Shown: positions 13,730-26,922, numbered from the stretch's first letter. The stretch is 64,000 bases of DNA from Rhizophagus irregularis (GCF_026210795.1 NC_089431.1:4712001-4776000); one strand, 5' to 3'. Notes: a model not told the origin generated them from the sequence alone. Numbers and translations: made by a program.

Positions 13730-14777
13730 AAAGTGTTTAGAACTAAAATTTATAAAATTTGCCCAACCGGTGAATCATCACAACCATGTAAATATCAATA
13801 TAGACATATTACCTATAATTCACATTTGTTTTAATTTCGTGCTTGTCCTAGAATTAATGTGATATTATAGCCATTTAGATTTAATCCATTCAGCTTTATA
13901 GATTTTTATCTAGCTAAAACATGCGTATAATAATAAATCATTTTTCTTTCTTTTTAAAAAAAAGAAGAAAATCGATTTTTATTAATAAAATCGTTTTTCT
14001 TCAATAAAAAAAAATAAAAAATAAAAAAATAAAATAAAAAATAAAAAATAAAATAAAATAAATTGGAACAATTTGTTGGCAAAGCAATTTTTTTTTTTAA
14101 TAAAAAATTTAAAGATCTATTATTAAAAACATCGTTTTTCAATTTTTAACAAAAAATTATAAATATTTCTGACCGATCCCCAACAGTCCATCCTTAGAAA
14201 AGAAGTTTTTTTTTAATTTTAGTAAATATATATATTATTATTGCACATTTTATAAGTTGGTTTTCTTTTTTTTTTAAAAAAAAAAATTAAAATCAGCATA
14301 TCCATATATAAAAAAAATATTGTTGTAATAAATGAACAGTCTTAGCAATTCATACTTTTTTTTAATTCAATAATAAAAATTTTTACAGTTGATCAGAAAA
14401 GCGTCATGTGACCCGTATAATATTTTATACTTATTTTTTAATCTGAAATATTTCATAACTTTCTAGAGAAAGTATATCCTTTGATTCTTATTTCGTAAGA
14501 TCTTTTCTAAAGTTTATTGTCATATTTTTCAGGAAATTGTCCATTCATGATATATATTGGAATTCGGGATTCTTGGAAATAGGAATTAGGAAATTTTAAA
14601 ATAATCGCTGTTATTTTTAAAATTATTTAAAGAATTCTTTCATCGTTCCTTTTTAGATAATGCCGGTTGAAAAGCCATTACCTTTTTTGGACAATGACTG
14701 AAATTATAATAATTCCGGCCTTGCTGTCTTTTATCTTTTATATATATTTCGGGTTCTCTTAAAAATATGGTGATTAA

Positions 14778-15591
14778 GGGTCCAGTATATTACGTCATCC
14801 CATATATGGCAAAAAATTGGAGATCATCTTTTTTTTACTTTCATTACAAGAAAAAATTTTTTAATATTTTTCAAACTCCTGCTTAAAAATATCTGTTAGA
14901 GAGCCAAAGTTTCTGGTTTTTCAAATAAACTTTAAAAAAGTATAGTATAAATATAGTTTACAACGAAAAACTACCATATGAAGTTAACAGTAGTTGCGAA
15001 TTCTCTAAGGTAAGTTGTGAATTCTCTAATTAGACTAACTTTAAATTAACTTAAAACTTGCGAAACTTTGAGACGTAATAATATAGTAATTAGTTAAATA
15101 ATTTATATCAAAAAATTAGCAAGCATCATATTCAAATAAAAATTTTTACTAATACCATTTTATTTTTTTATTATCTTAAGCGTATTTGTTCCTTTAAACT
15201 AAATACAAAATATTTCATGTGTTGTGAAGTAAATAATTAGATTATTATAATTTTATAATGAAATGGAAAGGCAAATAAATTAATTTAATAACCTTGAATT
15301 ATATATTTGGCGTTTGTGGAGTTATTATCTTTAATGTACAATATCAATCAAGCAAATGGTATTTTCATTAAGTTTTGCCCATAAAAATATATAGAAATAT
15401 TAATAAATGGTTAAAATGTAGATAGGATGCATTATATTTATTATTTGAACGTATATTTAATAAAATTCATATGGTAGGTTTGGAAATATTTTATTTTTCC
15501 AAGAGTTTTCTCGTCAATTTCGTGGTCACGTGATCATATAAAATGATCGTCATATGGTCACATACAAATGATGACGTAATATACTGGACCC
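14778..15591. mobile_element. Non-autonomous DNA transposon with TTAA TSD (Kolobok-like)
   Basis: Perfect 22-bp TIR GGGTCCAGTATATTACGTCATC with TTAA on both sides. Purine-first termini favour Kolobok over piggyBac (inference). Confidence 0.75.
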
Positions 15592-16025
15592 TTAATAGAT
15601 AGATATTTCCTTTCTTCATAAAATAGAATATAAAACTGTTACGGGTAATGCCAAAATTATATCAGATTTCGATATATTCTCCGAGGATTTCATTGTAATC
15701 TTAAATGAGATTAATTGTTATATCTCAAAGGAAATTTTTAGTTGCGAATTATTACGTGGTCCACGAAGAATTAATTTATTATATTTGAATTGTAACATCC
15801 TTTTTGTGGAAATGGAAAAATAAAAATAAAAGGAAAAAGAGAAGGATAATAAGGCAACATAAAGTTGCGGCCAGGTCAACAGAACGGGAATTCCCTTTTT
15901 ACGTAAAAAAAAAAAACTCTTTCCCGTAGGACTAAAAATTATTAGAAATCCGCAGTAAGGAAAACTAAAATTACAAAAATAAAAAAAAAATTTTTTTATT
16001 TTTTCTTATTAAAACACTAATAAAT

Positions 16026-17786
16026 ATGGAGTCATATCGAGGGCAAGAGGAGTTCGAGGAACATCTATTAAAAGAAGTCAAGTCTTTTGTGAGCAAAAAT
16101 TTTACAAAAGCCAATTCTAGGCATAAAGACGAGTTAGAGGATATTTTCGACAAAATATTTTTCAGGACGCTAAAAACACATAGGTTACTAGTGGAAATAA
16201 GTAATATTACTGGCATAAAAGGTGAAACCATAGAAATAATAGCCAAAAGTATACTGAGGTTCGCATATAGAGAACATAATAACGACGTTGAAAGAATTGG
16301 AAACCAGAATATTCTGGCTGCGGCAGGCGCAGCAAAAACCTTCGACACAAGATTAAAGCTCCGAACGGTTCCAGTTTGAACCGGGAACCGATCCGGAACC
16401 GGCAAAAAATTCGGTTCGGTTCTCGGTTCGGTTTTGGACTTGGAACCGTCCGGTTCGGTTCAGTTCTATCCGAAATTAAGAAAAAATGCAAAAAAACGAA
16501 TATACGACCATCCAGTGATCGTACAAGGACGAGCCATAGCTCGTTGGAATCCTCTCATCGAGACGCGTCGAATGGTGGTAAAATCAAGTCTCTAGCATCG
16601 ATAGATTACGAGATAGCACATGGTGAGTGTTTCTTAAAAAATTTGCATTAGAAAACGATCCATTGATTCTAGAGACATGAATTTACCACCATTCGACGCA
16701 TCTCAACGAGACGAATCTAATGAGCTATAATTCGTCTTTTTGCAATCACTGGATGGTCGTGTATTCGTTTTTTCGCATTTTTTTTTAAATTTTCGATCAA
16801 AAATTAAAATTCCGATACAAGCGATTAAACGCCATCTATTGATCACACAAAGACGAATTTTAGCTCTTTGGATTCGTCTCACTGAGACGAGTCGAATGGT
16901 GGTAAAATGATGTCACTAGCATCGATAGATCGTTTTCTAATGCGAATTGTTTAAGAAACACTCACCATGGGCTATCTCACGATCTATCGATGCTAGAGAC
17001 ATCATTTTACCACCATTCGACTCGTCTCAGTGAGACGAATCCAAAGAGCTAAAATTTGTCTTTGTGTGATCAATAGATGGCGTTTAATCGCTTGTATCGG
17101 AATTTTAATTTTTGATGTTCGAAAATTTAAAAAAAAATGCGAAAAAACGAATACACGACCATCCAGTGATTGCAAAAAGACGAATTATAGCTCATTAGAT
17201 TCGTCTCGTTGAGATGCGTCGAATGGTGGTAAATTCATGTCTCTAGCATCAATGGATCGTTTTCTAATACAAATTTTTTAAGAAACACTCACCATGTTTT
17301 ATCTCGTGATGTATCGATGCTAGAGACTTGATTTTACCACCATTCGACGCGTCTCGATGAGAGGATTCCAACGAGCTATGGCTCGTCCTTGTACGATCAC
17401 TGGATGGTCGTGTATTCATTTTTTCGCATTTTTCTTAATTTCGGATAGAACCGAATCAACCGATTTGTTGGCGTTTCGGTTCCATTTCGGTTTTCGGTTC
17501 TACCCGAACCGCAAAAAAACCGAACCGAACCGACCCGTTCAGAGCTTTACACAAGATACACAACTAAATAAAGAAATAGAATGCGAGTTAAAAACACCAA
17601 TCAAAAACGTCTCAGAACAAAGAAAAATGCTGAAAAATAAAAAACGTGAAAAAAAATCAGTTAAGGAAATTGTGCTCCCATCAAATGATGATCAGATATC
17701 GATCCAAAAAAATACTGGGGCTCAGAGTACAACATCACGTGATATTTTATTTTATGATATACCATCAAGATATAGCGAGGAAGAGG
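16026..17786 (+). pseudogene. 5' part of the retroposon ORF (LINE ORF1-like, RRM-like), interrupted by the hAT foldback and by element A
   Basis: ORF from 16026 with a frameshift near 16255; resumes after the hAT TSD (TQDTQLNK...DILFYDIPSRYSEEE) and joins in frame to VVNAIKQLGKV at 44947. Confidence 0.7.
16354..17549. mobile_element. Non-autonomous hAT foldback element (1196 bp, almost wholly palindromic)
   Basis: TIR TAAAGCTC(C/T)GAACGG (YARNG start), 8-bp TSD CACAAGAT (16346-16353, 17550-17557), GAACC subterminal repeats, long inverted arms around ~16960. Confidence 0.9.
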
Positions 17787-18167
17787 AGTAGTATGAAAAC
17801 CCCAATTCTGGCTCACCTACTTATCTCATAATCTAAACCGTTTATTAATATTTTCACCTACTTATATGCTACATATTTTATAACCTAAATCACCTTTTTT
17901 ATATTTTTACCTACTTATCTCATAATCTAAACCGTTTATTAATATTTTCACCTACTTATATCCTACTTATTTCATAATCTAAATCATTTATTAATATTTT
18001 CACCTACTTACCCCCAATCGAACAAGAAATAGGATTTTAAAGCCAACGGAGCCAAAAAAGGTAAGGAAATATTAACCCATCCAGGAAACCAGCCATGGAG
18101 TCAATAGAGCGGAATAGCAAGGCAAGCAATTTCCCTTATACCGAGAAAAAATGTAATTGAATAAAAG
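17787..18167 (+). repeat. Left TIR of element A
   Basis: Reverse complement of 44562-44942 (I see 2 mismatches); internal CACCTACTTA repeats; ends in AAAAAATGTAATTGAATAAAAG. Confidence 0.95.
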
Positions 18168-18206
18168 GTAGGTACCAAGTAACTATACAGATAAATAGTA
18201 CATAAC

Positions 18207-18650
18207 ATGGTATATACCGCAGTATCAGTAATCCTCGAACTTGTGGGCCATATCCTGGAATACATTCCAAGTAGAAATTTCGGGACACATCTTCTAGAAG
18301 TCAGCCCAATCTGGAGAGCCGAAGCTGAACGAATACTCTGGAAGTGGCATAAAGAAGCCGAGGAGGCATACGACAAAGCAGTAGAAAAGAAGGAAAAAGC
18401 AAATTATGCTCTTGGTCGATCAGAGGAGGAGGGTAATAGAAATCGTGACCTCCGTGAACTTGAATGGGAGGCATATCAAAAGGCTTGTAAAGAGAGAACA
18501 AATGCCGCAGTAGAGCATATTATGGTAAAAGAAGCTATTCGCCGTTGTAGCTTACAACTATAAGTTACTTAAGGATAGAGAATACATCGGGACGAGGATG
18601 TGCTCAGTGACTCGGATGACAATCCCGATGACTCAGATGGTGAGGAATAG
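18207..18650 (+). pseudogene. F-box-like protein with acidic tail, frameshifted near the 3' end (element A)
   Basis: LELVGHILEYIP...LLEVSPIW F-box-like start; LWKWHKEAEE matches 41618-42133; acidic tail DEDVLSDSDD...GEE* lies in a shifted frame. Confidence 0.6.
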
Positions 18651-18727
18651 TTTAGGAAGACAGTACTAATCTGTCTCCCTCTTTTTTTTACCCTCATAGG
18701 GTAGGCGAACAATTAATTTTATTTTCA

Positions 18728-18750
18728 GAAAAAATGTAATTGAATAAAAG
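18728..18750 (+). promoter_or_regulatory. Putative virus-type early promoter motif upstream of pPolB
   Basis: GAAAAAATGTAATTGAATAAAAG, identical to the inner end of both element A TIRs; core lies 29 nt before ATG 18773. Confidence 0.65.
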
Positions 18751-18772
18751 AGGAGTATAAAAAGTTTACAAG

Positions 18773-21700
18773 ATGTCAACACATCAAGCAAGAAGTGCCC
18801 AACACAGACAAGTCACCCGATCAGTTCTAGCTGAACTCAAGCAGGTACCTGTCAAGTCCATCCCATATCCCCGCTCAAATGCAAAATTGCAGGAATATGA
18901 GGATGAGATCTGCCAAATCCGTGAAGCACAAGCGGCGGTAACCAATGAAGAGATAACCCGCATGATGCAAATTGACCCAGACCCACATTATGAGGTAGTC
19001 TTTGAACGTCGTGATCAAGTACGTATAGGAAAGGAGTTAACAGACTCAAACTTTACGGCTGATATTGCTATAGGAACACCTGGAGAGCATGACTATGCTT
19101 CATTTCTTACAGCACACAGTCAAACAATCCAGAATATTCTTCAGGATGAAAGAAATCAATTGGGATCAATAAAAGTAAGAATTGGAATATTTGCCACAAT
19201 AAGACGTTTAGATTCTTACCTTGAGGGATTATTCGGAGATGGTAACTTTAGTGAAGATGATGGAGTAGAGTATATCTACAGATATAACATACCATTTAAA
19301 ACTCGCAATATGCCAATCCTACCATCAACAGATATTAATGGTACATTTAATTTTGCATTAGCAAGAATCATGCAGAAAGTAGAAGACTATGTAAATTACG
19401 GATCAGGTTGGGAATTCTATCGTGTAGAAAAAATATTTATAGAAATCTCGCAATTCCAACCACCCACAGGAGCAGGACATATACCACTCCCAAAAGATCT
19501 TGTCACGAAAAAGGGAGTAGTAAATCCAGCTAATGATGATGACAAATGCTTCCAGTGGGCAATCCTAGCAGCATTACATCCAGTAGAAAAGAATGCAGAA
19601 AGAATTTCCAAGTATAAGGAGTATGTAAATGAGTTAAACTTTGAAGGTATCGAATTTCCAGTACAAGCTGATGAGGTAATTCTAAGAAGATTTGAGCGAC
19701 AGAACCCAACTATTGCCCTCTGCATCTGTGAATGGCGTGACCACCGCCTATGTCCAATATATGTTACCGATAGGGATGATGCAGAGGGCCGTAAAATAAT
19801 AGATTTAGTACTTATCAGTAACGGGGAAAAGCAGCACTATTGCTGGATTAAGAATATGAGCCGTTTAGTAAATAAATGTACAAAAGATGGACATGCAACA
19901 TTTGTCTGCCGATGGTGTATCTCCCACTTCACACATCAACAAGAAATCCATGACAAACATGTAGCAATATGTCGAGGATTAAAGAAAACCCCACAAGCAG
20001 ACCGAATGCCATCAGTAAAGAAAGGAAATGATATATATGAATTCAAGAACTGGAAACGCCGCATGCAAGTCCCATATTACTTTGTTGCAGACTTTGAAGC
20101 CCTAGTAATGGACATACCACCCACAGATGAAGACAAAGATAAGAAAACCAAGAAAGTACAAGAGCAAATCCCCTGCTCATACTCGTATATTAAGGTAAGA
20201 TATGATGGTGTAAGTGAATCACAGAAGATATTTACAGGAGAAAATGCAGCACAAAAATTTGTAATCGAAATGCTAAATGAGGCTGAAGCAATTCGCAATG
20301 AATTCAGAAATCCAATGGAAATGATGCCATTAACAACCCAAGAGCAAGTAAGTTATGATAATGCAATAAACTGCTGGATATGTCGCAACCCCTTAGATGG
20401 AAATAAAGTAAGAGACCACTGCCATATTACAGGAAGGTATCGAGGTGCAGCACATAGAGGATATAATCTTGACTTATCCATAAAACCTCGTGAAATGCAT
20501 ATCCCAGTAATCTTTCACAATTTATCAGGATATGATGGACACATAATTATGCAAGGAATTGGTGCAATGGAATGTGAGGATGATATTGATCCTATCCCTT
20601 ATAACATGGAAAAGTATATGGCATTCAAGTTAGGTTCCCTCCGATTTATAGACAGCTTACAATTCATGAAATCAAGTCTCGACAAATTAGCATCCAACCT
20701 AGGCGCAGAAAAATGTAGAGCACAAGAATGTAGTAATTCACAACACTTATGGCGAATTGATGCAGGTAGATGCTTTGCACATCCTGAAAACTTTAAGATA
20801 ACACGAAGTCAAATACCACCTGAATTACTCGAGATTTATCTTAAGAAAGGTGTCTACCCGTATGAATACATGGATGACTGGAAAAAGTTCGAGAAAACTA
20901 GTTTACCACCTAAAGGAGCATTCTATAGCAAACTTAATGAAACCCACATTAGTGATAAAGAATACGAATATGCACAGTATGTATGGGAAAAAGCAGGATG
21001 TAAAACAATGCAAGATTATCATAACATTTATCTCAAAACTGACGTCCTTCTACTAGCCGATATATTTCAGAATTTCCGAGAAATGGCCTTGAAAAAATAT
21101 GGGTTAGATCCTCTCTGGTATTACTCAACACCAGGCTTTGCATGGGATGCACTATTCTTCATGACAGGGCAAAGATTGGATCTTATAACTGACCAGGATA
21201 TGTACATGATGGTAGAACAAGGATTACGTGGTGGAATCTCTATGGTAAGTAAACGATATGCTTGTGCAAATAATCCAGGTATGGGAGAAGGTAAATGGAC
21301 TGCAGATAAGCCCAAGTCATCTATTCTATACTTAGACGCAAATAACCTATATGGATGGGCCATGTTGCAATACTTACCTACAGGTAACTTCCACTGGATA
21401 AAGGAGGAAAACGAGTTATCTAACATTCAAAGGCAAATAGAAAGTAATGAAATACCAGATGATTCTTCTGAGGGATATATCCTTAAAGTCAAACTGGAGT
21501 ACCCTCAAGCCCTTCATTCACAACACACAGATTACCCCCTTGCACCAGAACGAATGAAGGTTAAGAAGGAATGGCTTAGTAAAAAGCAGCAGGAAATAAT
21601 AGCACGTTCAGGACAACGATATACACCCACGGATAAGCTCATCCCTAACCTATTTGATAAGGATGAATATGTAGTTCATTATAGAAATCTCCAGTATTAT

Positions 21701-22669
21701 GTTAGCCAGGGCTTAGTAATCAAGAAGGTCTATGAAGCTATAAAATTCGAGCAGGCTCCATGGATGAAACCATATATAGAATTTAACACCGCCGAACGTG
21801 CTAAGGCTAAGAATGATTTTGAGAAGGACTTCTATAAACTCATGAATAATAGTGTATTTGGTAAAACTATGGAAAATCTCAGGAAACGTGTACGTGTCTC
21901 AGTAGTACAACCCCAAACCCACCCCAAGAAATATAAAAAGCTTACCTCAGATCCTGCATTCAAGGGTCGTAAAATATTCTCAGAAAATCTTGTTGCAATT
22001 CACTGACGAAAAGTGGAGGTAATGCTTAACCGTCCAACATATGTGGGTATGAGTGTGCTTGACCTCTCAAAGCTCTGTATGTATCAATTCTACTATGATA
22101 CTCTTAAAGTACGATATGGTGAAAAAATCCAGTTATGTTATACAGACACAGACTCACTTCTTGTACAAATCCAAACTGAGGATATTAATGCAGACCTTAT
22201 AGATATGGCAGACCAATTTGACTTCAGTGATTATCCTAAAGATCATCCTGTACGAAAAGCATTAGGTGATAAGACTGACATAAATATGAAAATCCCAGGG
22301 AAATTTAAGGATGAATGTAATGGAGCAGTTATAGCAGAATTTATTGGCCTCCGTCCCAAAATGTACTCCATTCTCAAGGTAGGGGATGAGACCACCAATC
22401 CAAAACATGGTATCCGTAAGGCTAAAGGTGTCCCCTCAAAGGTAGTTAAAAAAGAGTTCCACCATGAGCGGTATAATAAGGCACTCTTTGATCCTAAACA
22501 TAATGATACAGTCACCTTTAGAGCAATCCGATCTGATAGACATGCTATAAATGTTATAGAAATGTCGAAGGTGGGGTTATCCCCTATGGATGATAAAAAA
22601 TGGATTGCACAAGATAATATCACAATGTATGCACATGGAGATTATAGGATACCACAACTTGAAAATTAA
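18773..22669 (+). pseudogene. Protein-primed family B DNA polymerase (Polinton type), one in-frame TGA at 22004-22006
   Basis: Exonuclease motifs ADFEA, FHNLSGYD and YLKTDV; polymerase motifs YLDANNLYG, KLMNNSVFGK, YTDTDS and KAKG; CWIC...DHCH endonuclease VII-like insert; N-terminal GSGW, KCFQWAI and QHY. The two ORFs are in the same frame. Confidence 0.95.
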
Positions 22670-23736
22670 TATAATATATGAGTAGGAGGCAGCATAGTAT
22701 CAGATGGCACAACTAATAATTCTTCTCGAGTAAATATTTTTTTAGGTCCATCAGATAACCTATATATAACCGGCTGCCCATCAACAACTGTGGAAGATTC
22801 AATTGTATAAACTTTAGTAGACCATATTGGATCAGTTGCACGTCTCCTACCTTGGTAATCTGAGTTATCAAGTAAGTATCTCACAAGAGAACCAGCTGGT
22901 AAACATATTTCTTCTGCACCTACAGGTCTATCCTTCCGAATTTTTGAAGGTAGTGCATACACTTGATCTTTCTGGATTGCTTCAACTGGAGACATACCTA
23001 GCAGACGAGTATTAGAATTATTTAGCTCATTCACAATATCAGAAAGGTTCTTAACCCAGGCAGTATTCACACCTTCTGTAAGGAGTTCCTTTGCATCCTG
23101 TATTTTGAAAAGTCTCTCTGCTAAAGTTCGATTATACCGTTCAACAATAGCCTGACTCTTATGAGTAGTACCCACCCGAATACGCACACCTTTTTCATCC
23201 ATTAATCGGATAACTTCATCCTTAAATTCTGATCCCCCATCTACTTGTAAAACTCTTGGCCAAATAAGCGGGCAGTCTGCTTTACTATAAATCTTTTTAA
23301 ATGCCTTAGCAACACGTGCAGAGCTGCGATCTTCTAGAGATACTGAAGCTTTATATCGGCTAGCAACATCTACAATATTTAGACAGTATTTATACAGCTT
23401 TCTATCTACAGTATCATAGGGCATATATAAGATATCTGCTTGATGATACATATTTGGTCGAGTAATCTTATTAAAAGAAACCTGTGGAACATACTTGGGT
23501 ATAGGTGAGTGTATTTGCCATATAGCCTGTTTATGCAACCACTCTGTAATATCAGATATGTTAAAATCATGGCCCTCAGCTTGCACTTTAGCCCAAAGTT
23601 TTTCAGGAGTACGATAATATCCACATGGATGGTAATAGATTTGTTGAAGGATATAATTTTGTTCGATTTGTTTATTAAATGTAGGGTCTATAAAAATCTG
23701 TGGAACTGGCAATGGAAGATACATCGTTAAAGACAC
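22666..23736 (-). CDS. Retroviral-like (rve, DDE) integrase, Polinton type, no chromodomain (element A)
   Basis: HQADIL, VDVASRY, QVDGGSEF and VERYNRTL; start codon uncertain. Confidence 0.92.
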   Translation of the reverse strand: MSLTMYLPLPVPQIFIDPTFNKQIEQNYILQQIYYHPCGYYRTPEKLWAKVQAEGHDFNISDITEWLHKQAIWQIHSPIPKYVPQVSFNKITRPNMYHQADILYMPYDTVDRKLYKYCLNIVDVASRYKASVSLEDRSSARVAKAFKKIYSKADCPLIWPRVLQVDGGSEFKDEVIRLMDEKGVRIRVGTTHKSQAIVERYNRTLAERLFKIQDAKELLTEGVNTAWVKNLSDIVNELNNSNTRLLGMSPVEAIQKDQVYALPSKIRKDRPVGAEEICLPAGSLVRYLLDNSDYQGRRRATDPIWSTKVYTIESSTVVDGQPVIYRLSDGPKKIFTREELLVVPSDTMLPPTHILY

Positions 23737-26048
23737 AGATTACAAAGCTTGCACATACATTGCAATCACAAGAGCAATATATAAAATACCTGTATGGTGT
23801 AATCGAGGGTCATGAATCTGAGATAGAAGAACTTAGGCAAAAAAATGCTGAGTTGCGTGCAAAGCTTAAGAAAGCATTAGAAACGGCATCACTAAAGGAG
23901 GAAGGGCTTCAAGCATTAGAACGTCAGCTGATTGAAGTTGATACTCTAAATATTCAACTTAAAGATCGAATAAAAGAACTTGCTAATAGACAACGGAAAA
24001 ACATGGCAGCAATTCCTCCTGACCCTATTACAGAAATCTTAAATAATCGGACAACTATAGCAAATAGTGTAGCTGGTATTCGTATTCACCTTGATCGTAC
24101 AACTATAGCAGCACACCCTCATATAAATCATTTATTTAACACTGCAAATGATAGTCTTGATGCCATTATCCGATATGCTAATGAGTTGCGAAATATTATA
24201 GAAGATCAAGATAATATGGAGGATAGACTTGAAGGTTTGTTAGATGATGCACATAACCGTGAAGAATATCTTAGACATGAACTTAATAATACACGTGCTA
24301 CTATACTGAGAACAAGACGTACCTATGAGGATGCATATGCAAATGAAGTGCGTTATCGCCAACATTGGGAAGTCCTTGCACAAAATACTCAGATCCAATT
24401 GGCTAACATCCAGGCTCAATATGCTAACAGTCAAATTCAACTAGCTAATGTCCAGAGAGAACGTAATGAGAGTAGAAGAAATGCTCATAGATTATTACAG
24501 CGCTATAATACTGAAACAGAACGAAGTAGAAGGCGGGCTAATGGTATCATTCAGCAAGCTCGAGCATGGAGAGGGCAATTTTTAAACTGTCGTAATCATG
24601 GTCAAAATTTGCAAAATCAGGTCAATAATTTGAATCAACAGATTCTAGCATTACAAAATAACCCTCCGGTAATACAACAACCGATAATGGCAGAATATGC
24701 ACCTAAAAAATTTAGAGGAGCATCTGGTGAAGATCCAGAACTTTGGCTTCAAGAATTCAGGCAATGGTGTGAGTCTGCTGGACTTGATCCTGCTGCTAAT
24801 GCTAGAACTCGTGTTAGGATTCATGGGGTCTTTGAGACTTTACTTGAAGATGATGCTAGAGATTGGTATGAAACACATATCAAAGGAAAAAATTGGGAAT
24901 GTGTAAATCTTCTGGATAATACTGGTGTGGCCAATCTTGCTGCTTTTAATGCTTTGAATAATGGCGCTATACAGGCTGTAGCGGCGAATCAATTTTGTGG
25001 AGGGGCTAATGTATTACATGGACAAGCAGCTGCAGTTAATACTATTACTGGTGCTAATTTTATACCTGATCATACTGTATGGGATGAAGATTGGTCAATA
25101 GTCGAGGGTCGTCCTACTGATATAGCTGTTAATAATCCTAATGCTAATAATGGAGGTACAATTGTGGCTCCTGGAATACGTATTGGACAATTAATATATC
25201 GTTTTAAGCATTACTTCCCTACTATAACATCTGAAAAGTCTAAGCTTGCATTTAATGCTATTGTTCAGGGTAGTGATACTGTAAGCCGATTCTATTCTAA
25301 ATTACGAAGAATGGTTAGACTTGCATATCCAACTCTTCCAGAGGTAAATCAGAATGAATTAGTACGGCAACAGTTCTTAAATGGTCTTTCCAGTGAAAAT
25401 AAGTTGGATGCGTGACGTATTGGTTTAGAAAATTCAGTTGCATCTATTCTGAATAAATTGGAAGAAGTTGAGAAATACAGGACAGATATGCCACCTACTC
25501 CTATAGTTACATATCAGGGTCCAACTTTAGCGGATATTGAGAATCTTATAAATTCTAAAATTCCTATGACTACGGCTAGATCATCTGCAGTACCAGTACC
25601 ATCTTCTAGTCCATTTTCAAGTCCTCAAAATGATACATCATTTCAGAGATTACTTGCTTTAGCATATAAATTAGGTCTTCCAAGAGATATCGATATAAGT
25701 AAAGTAACCCTTAGTGATCTTGAAATATTTATTGATACAGAACTTAATAAAAATTTACCATCTGACCATATTTACCGTGGTAATCAGGTATTTGGTATAA
25801 GTTCAGGTACACGCAAACCAAAGAAATCAAAGAAATGCTCAAGTTGTGGTAAATCTGGTCATACTAAGAGTTCCTGTCCAAAATCTAAGAAGGGAAAGAG
25901 GAAAACAAATTATGCACATGACTCCTCTGATTCCTCTAACTCTTCTGACGCCTCTGACTCCTCTGACTCCTCTGATAGTGATTCAGACTCTGGACATGCC
26001 TGCTATGGATTAAAAAAAAAAGCCTACAGAAAGGAAACGTGTAGATAA
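23712..26048 (+). pseudogene. Gag-like polyprotein: coiled-coil N-terminus, retrotransposon capsid domain, CCHC zinc knuckle; in-frame TGA at 25413-25415 (element A)
   Basis: PKKFRGASGEDPELWLQEF, LEDDARDWY, QGSDTVSRFYSKL (MHR-like), QQFLNGL and CSSCGKSGHTKSSC (CX2CX4HX4C). ORFs 23700 and 25458 share a frame. Confidence 0.85.
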
Positions 26049-26922
26049 AAAGCCTACTGATAAGAAAAAATCACAACTTGAAAGGCAGCGTATTATCTTT
26101 GAGGTTTTTATACAACTCTTAAAGCTTCTGGTTCAATCCTTCGTTAATGCTGTACCAAAAGAGACTGTTATATCTGCTTACAATGCTCTGAATGCTGAAT
26201 TCATTAATTATAAAGAACCAGTACTCAGTCAGCTTAAAGGAGAACCCTCAATAAAAACACGTGAAAAAGTTTGGGATAATGTTAAGGACCTTTTCACATC
26301 TATCCTTCATCCTATGATTTCAGTTGTAACTAATAGTATGGCTGCAAATTTAATCCGTAAAAATGATGATGTTATATGTAATAATGACTTATGGTCTTCT
26401 ATAGCAGGTATTGGAATTGTTAACCGCAAGTCTGCTAGTGATGTAGTCACTATTAAGACCAAAGTAGTCGCACCTGAGAGTGAAAAATCTTTAGTTATTC
26501 CTACGACAATTTTCGATACTGGTTCTGATAGTTCTCTGATATCTAACAATATTGTAAAGCGCCTAAATCTTGACGTTGATAGAAGTAATGCTCCTGACCT
26601 TAGTGGTGTTGCAATAAAATCTGATACTATTGGGACAGTATATGGTCTTGGTATTCTTGTATATGATGGGGAGAACTCTAAAAAAATTGAAGATGACTTC
26701 ATGGTTGTTAAGAGTGATAAGGACTTTTTATTGCTAGGTGTACCTTGGATTGATCGTGCTAATGTCATTCTAGATTTCCAAAATCGGCAACTGACCATCC
26801 CTCTATCATCACGTAAAAAAATTACCATTCCAATTTCTCTACATAAACGGAAAACTAACGTGACTTCCTTGCAGATGGATACTATCGACTTAAAAAAAAT
26901 TCACACTCTCGAGGAAGATTAA
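26020..26922 (+). CDS. Retropepsin-type aspartic protease, frame open from the A10 run at the end of gag (element A)
   Basis: IFDTGSDSSLIS and FLLLGVPWI; frame is stop-free from ~26020 into the annotated 26314 ORF. Confidence 0.88.
   Translation, partial: KPTERKRVDKKPTDKKKSQLERQRIIFEVFIQLLKLLVQSFVNAVPKETVISAYNALNAEFINYKEPVLSQLKGEPSIKTREKVWDNVKDLFTSILHPMISVVTNSMAANLIRKNDDVICNNDLWSSIAGIGIVNRKSASDVVTIKTKVVAPESEKSLVIPTTIFDTGSDSSLISNNIVKRLNLDVDRSNAPDLSGVAIKSDTIGTVYGLGILVYDGENSKKIEDDFMVVKSDKDFLLLGVPWIDRANVILDFQNRQLTIPLSSRKKITIPISLHKRKTNVTSLQMDTIDLKKIHTLEED

Noticed and set aside
16207..17545. ORFs 16207-16491, 16376-16651, 17030-17212 and the 5' part of 17357-17791
   Set aside because: They derive from the palindromic hAT element; only the segment after 17557 belongs to the interrupted ORF.
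22666..26922. Nested Ty3/Gypsy LTR retrotransposon (integrase + gag + protease); same idea for 37236-41279
   Set aside because: No LTRs, PBS, RT or RNase H seen; the integrase is on the opposite strand, lacks HHCC and is Polinton-like; no TSD bounds the module.
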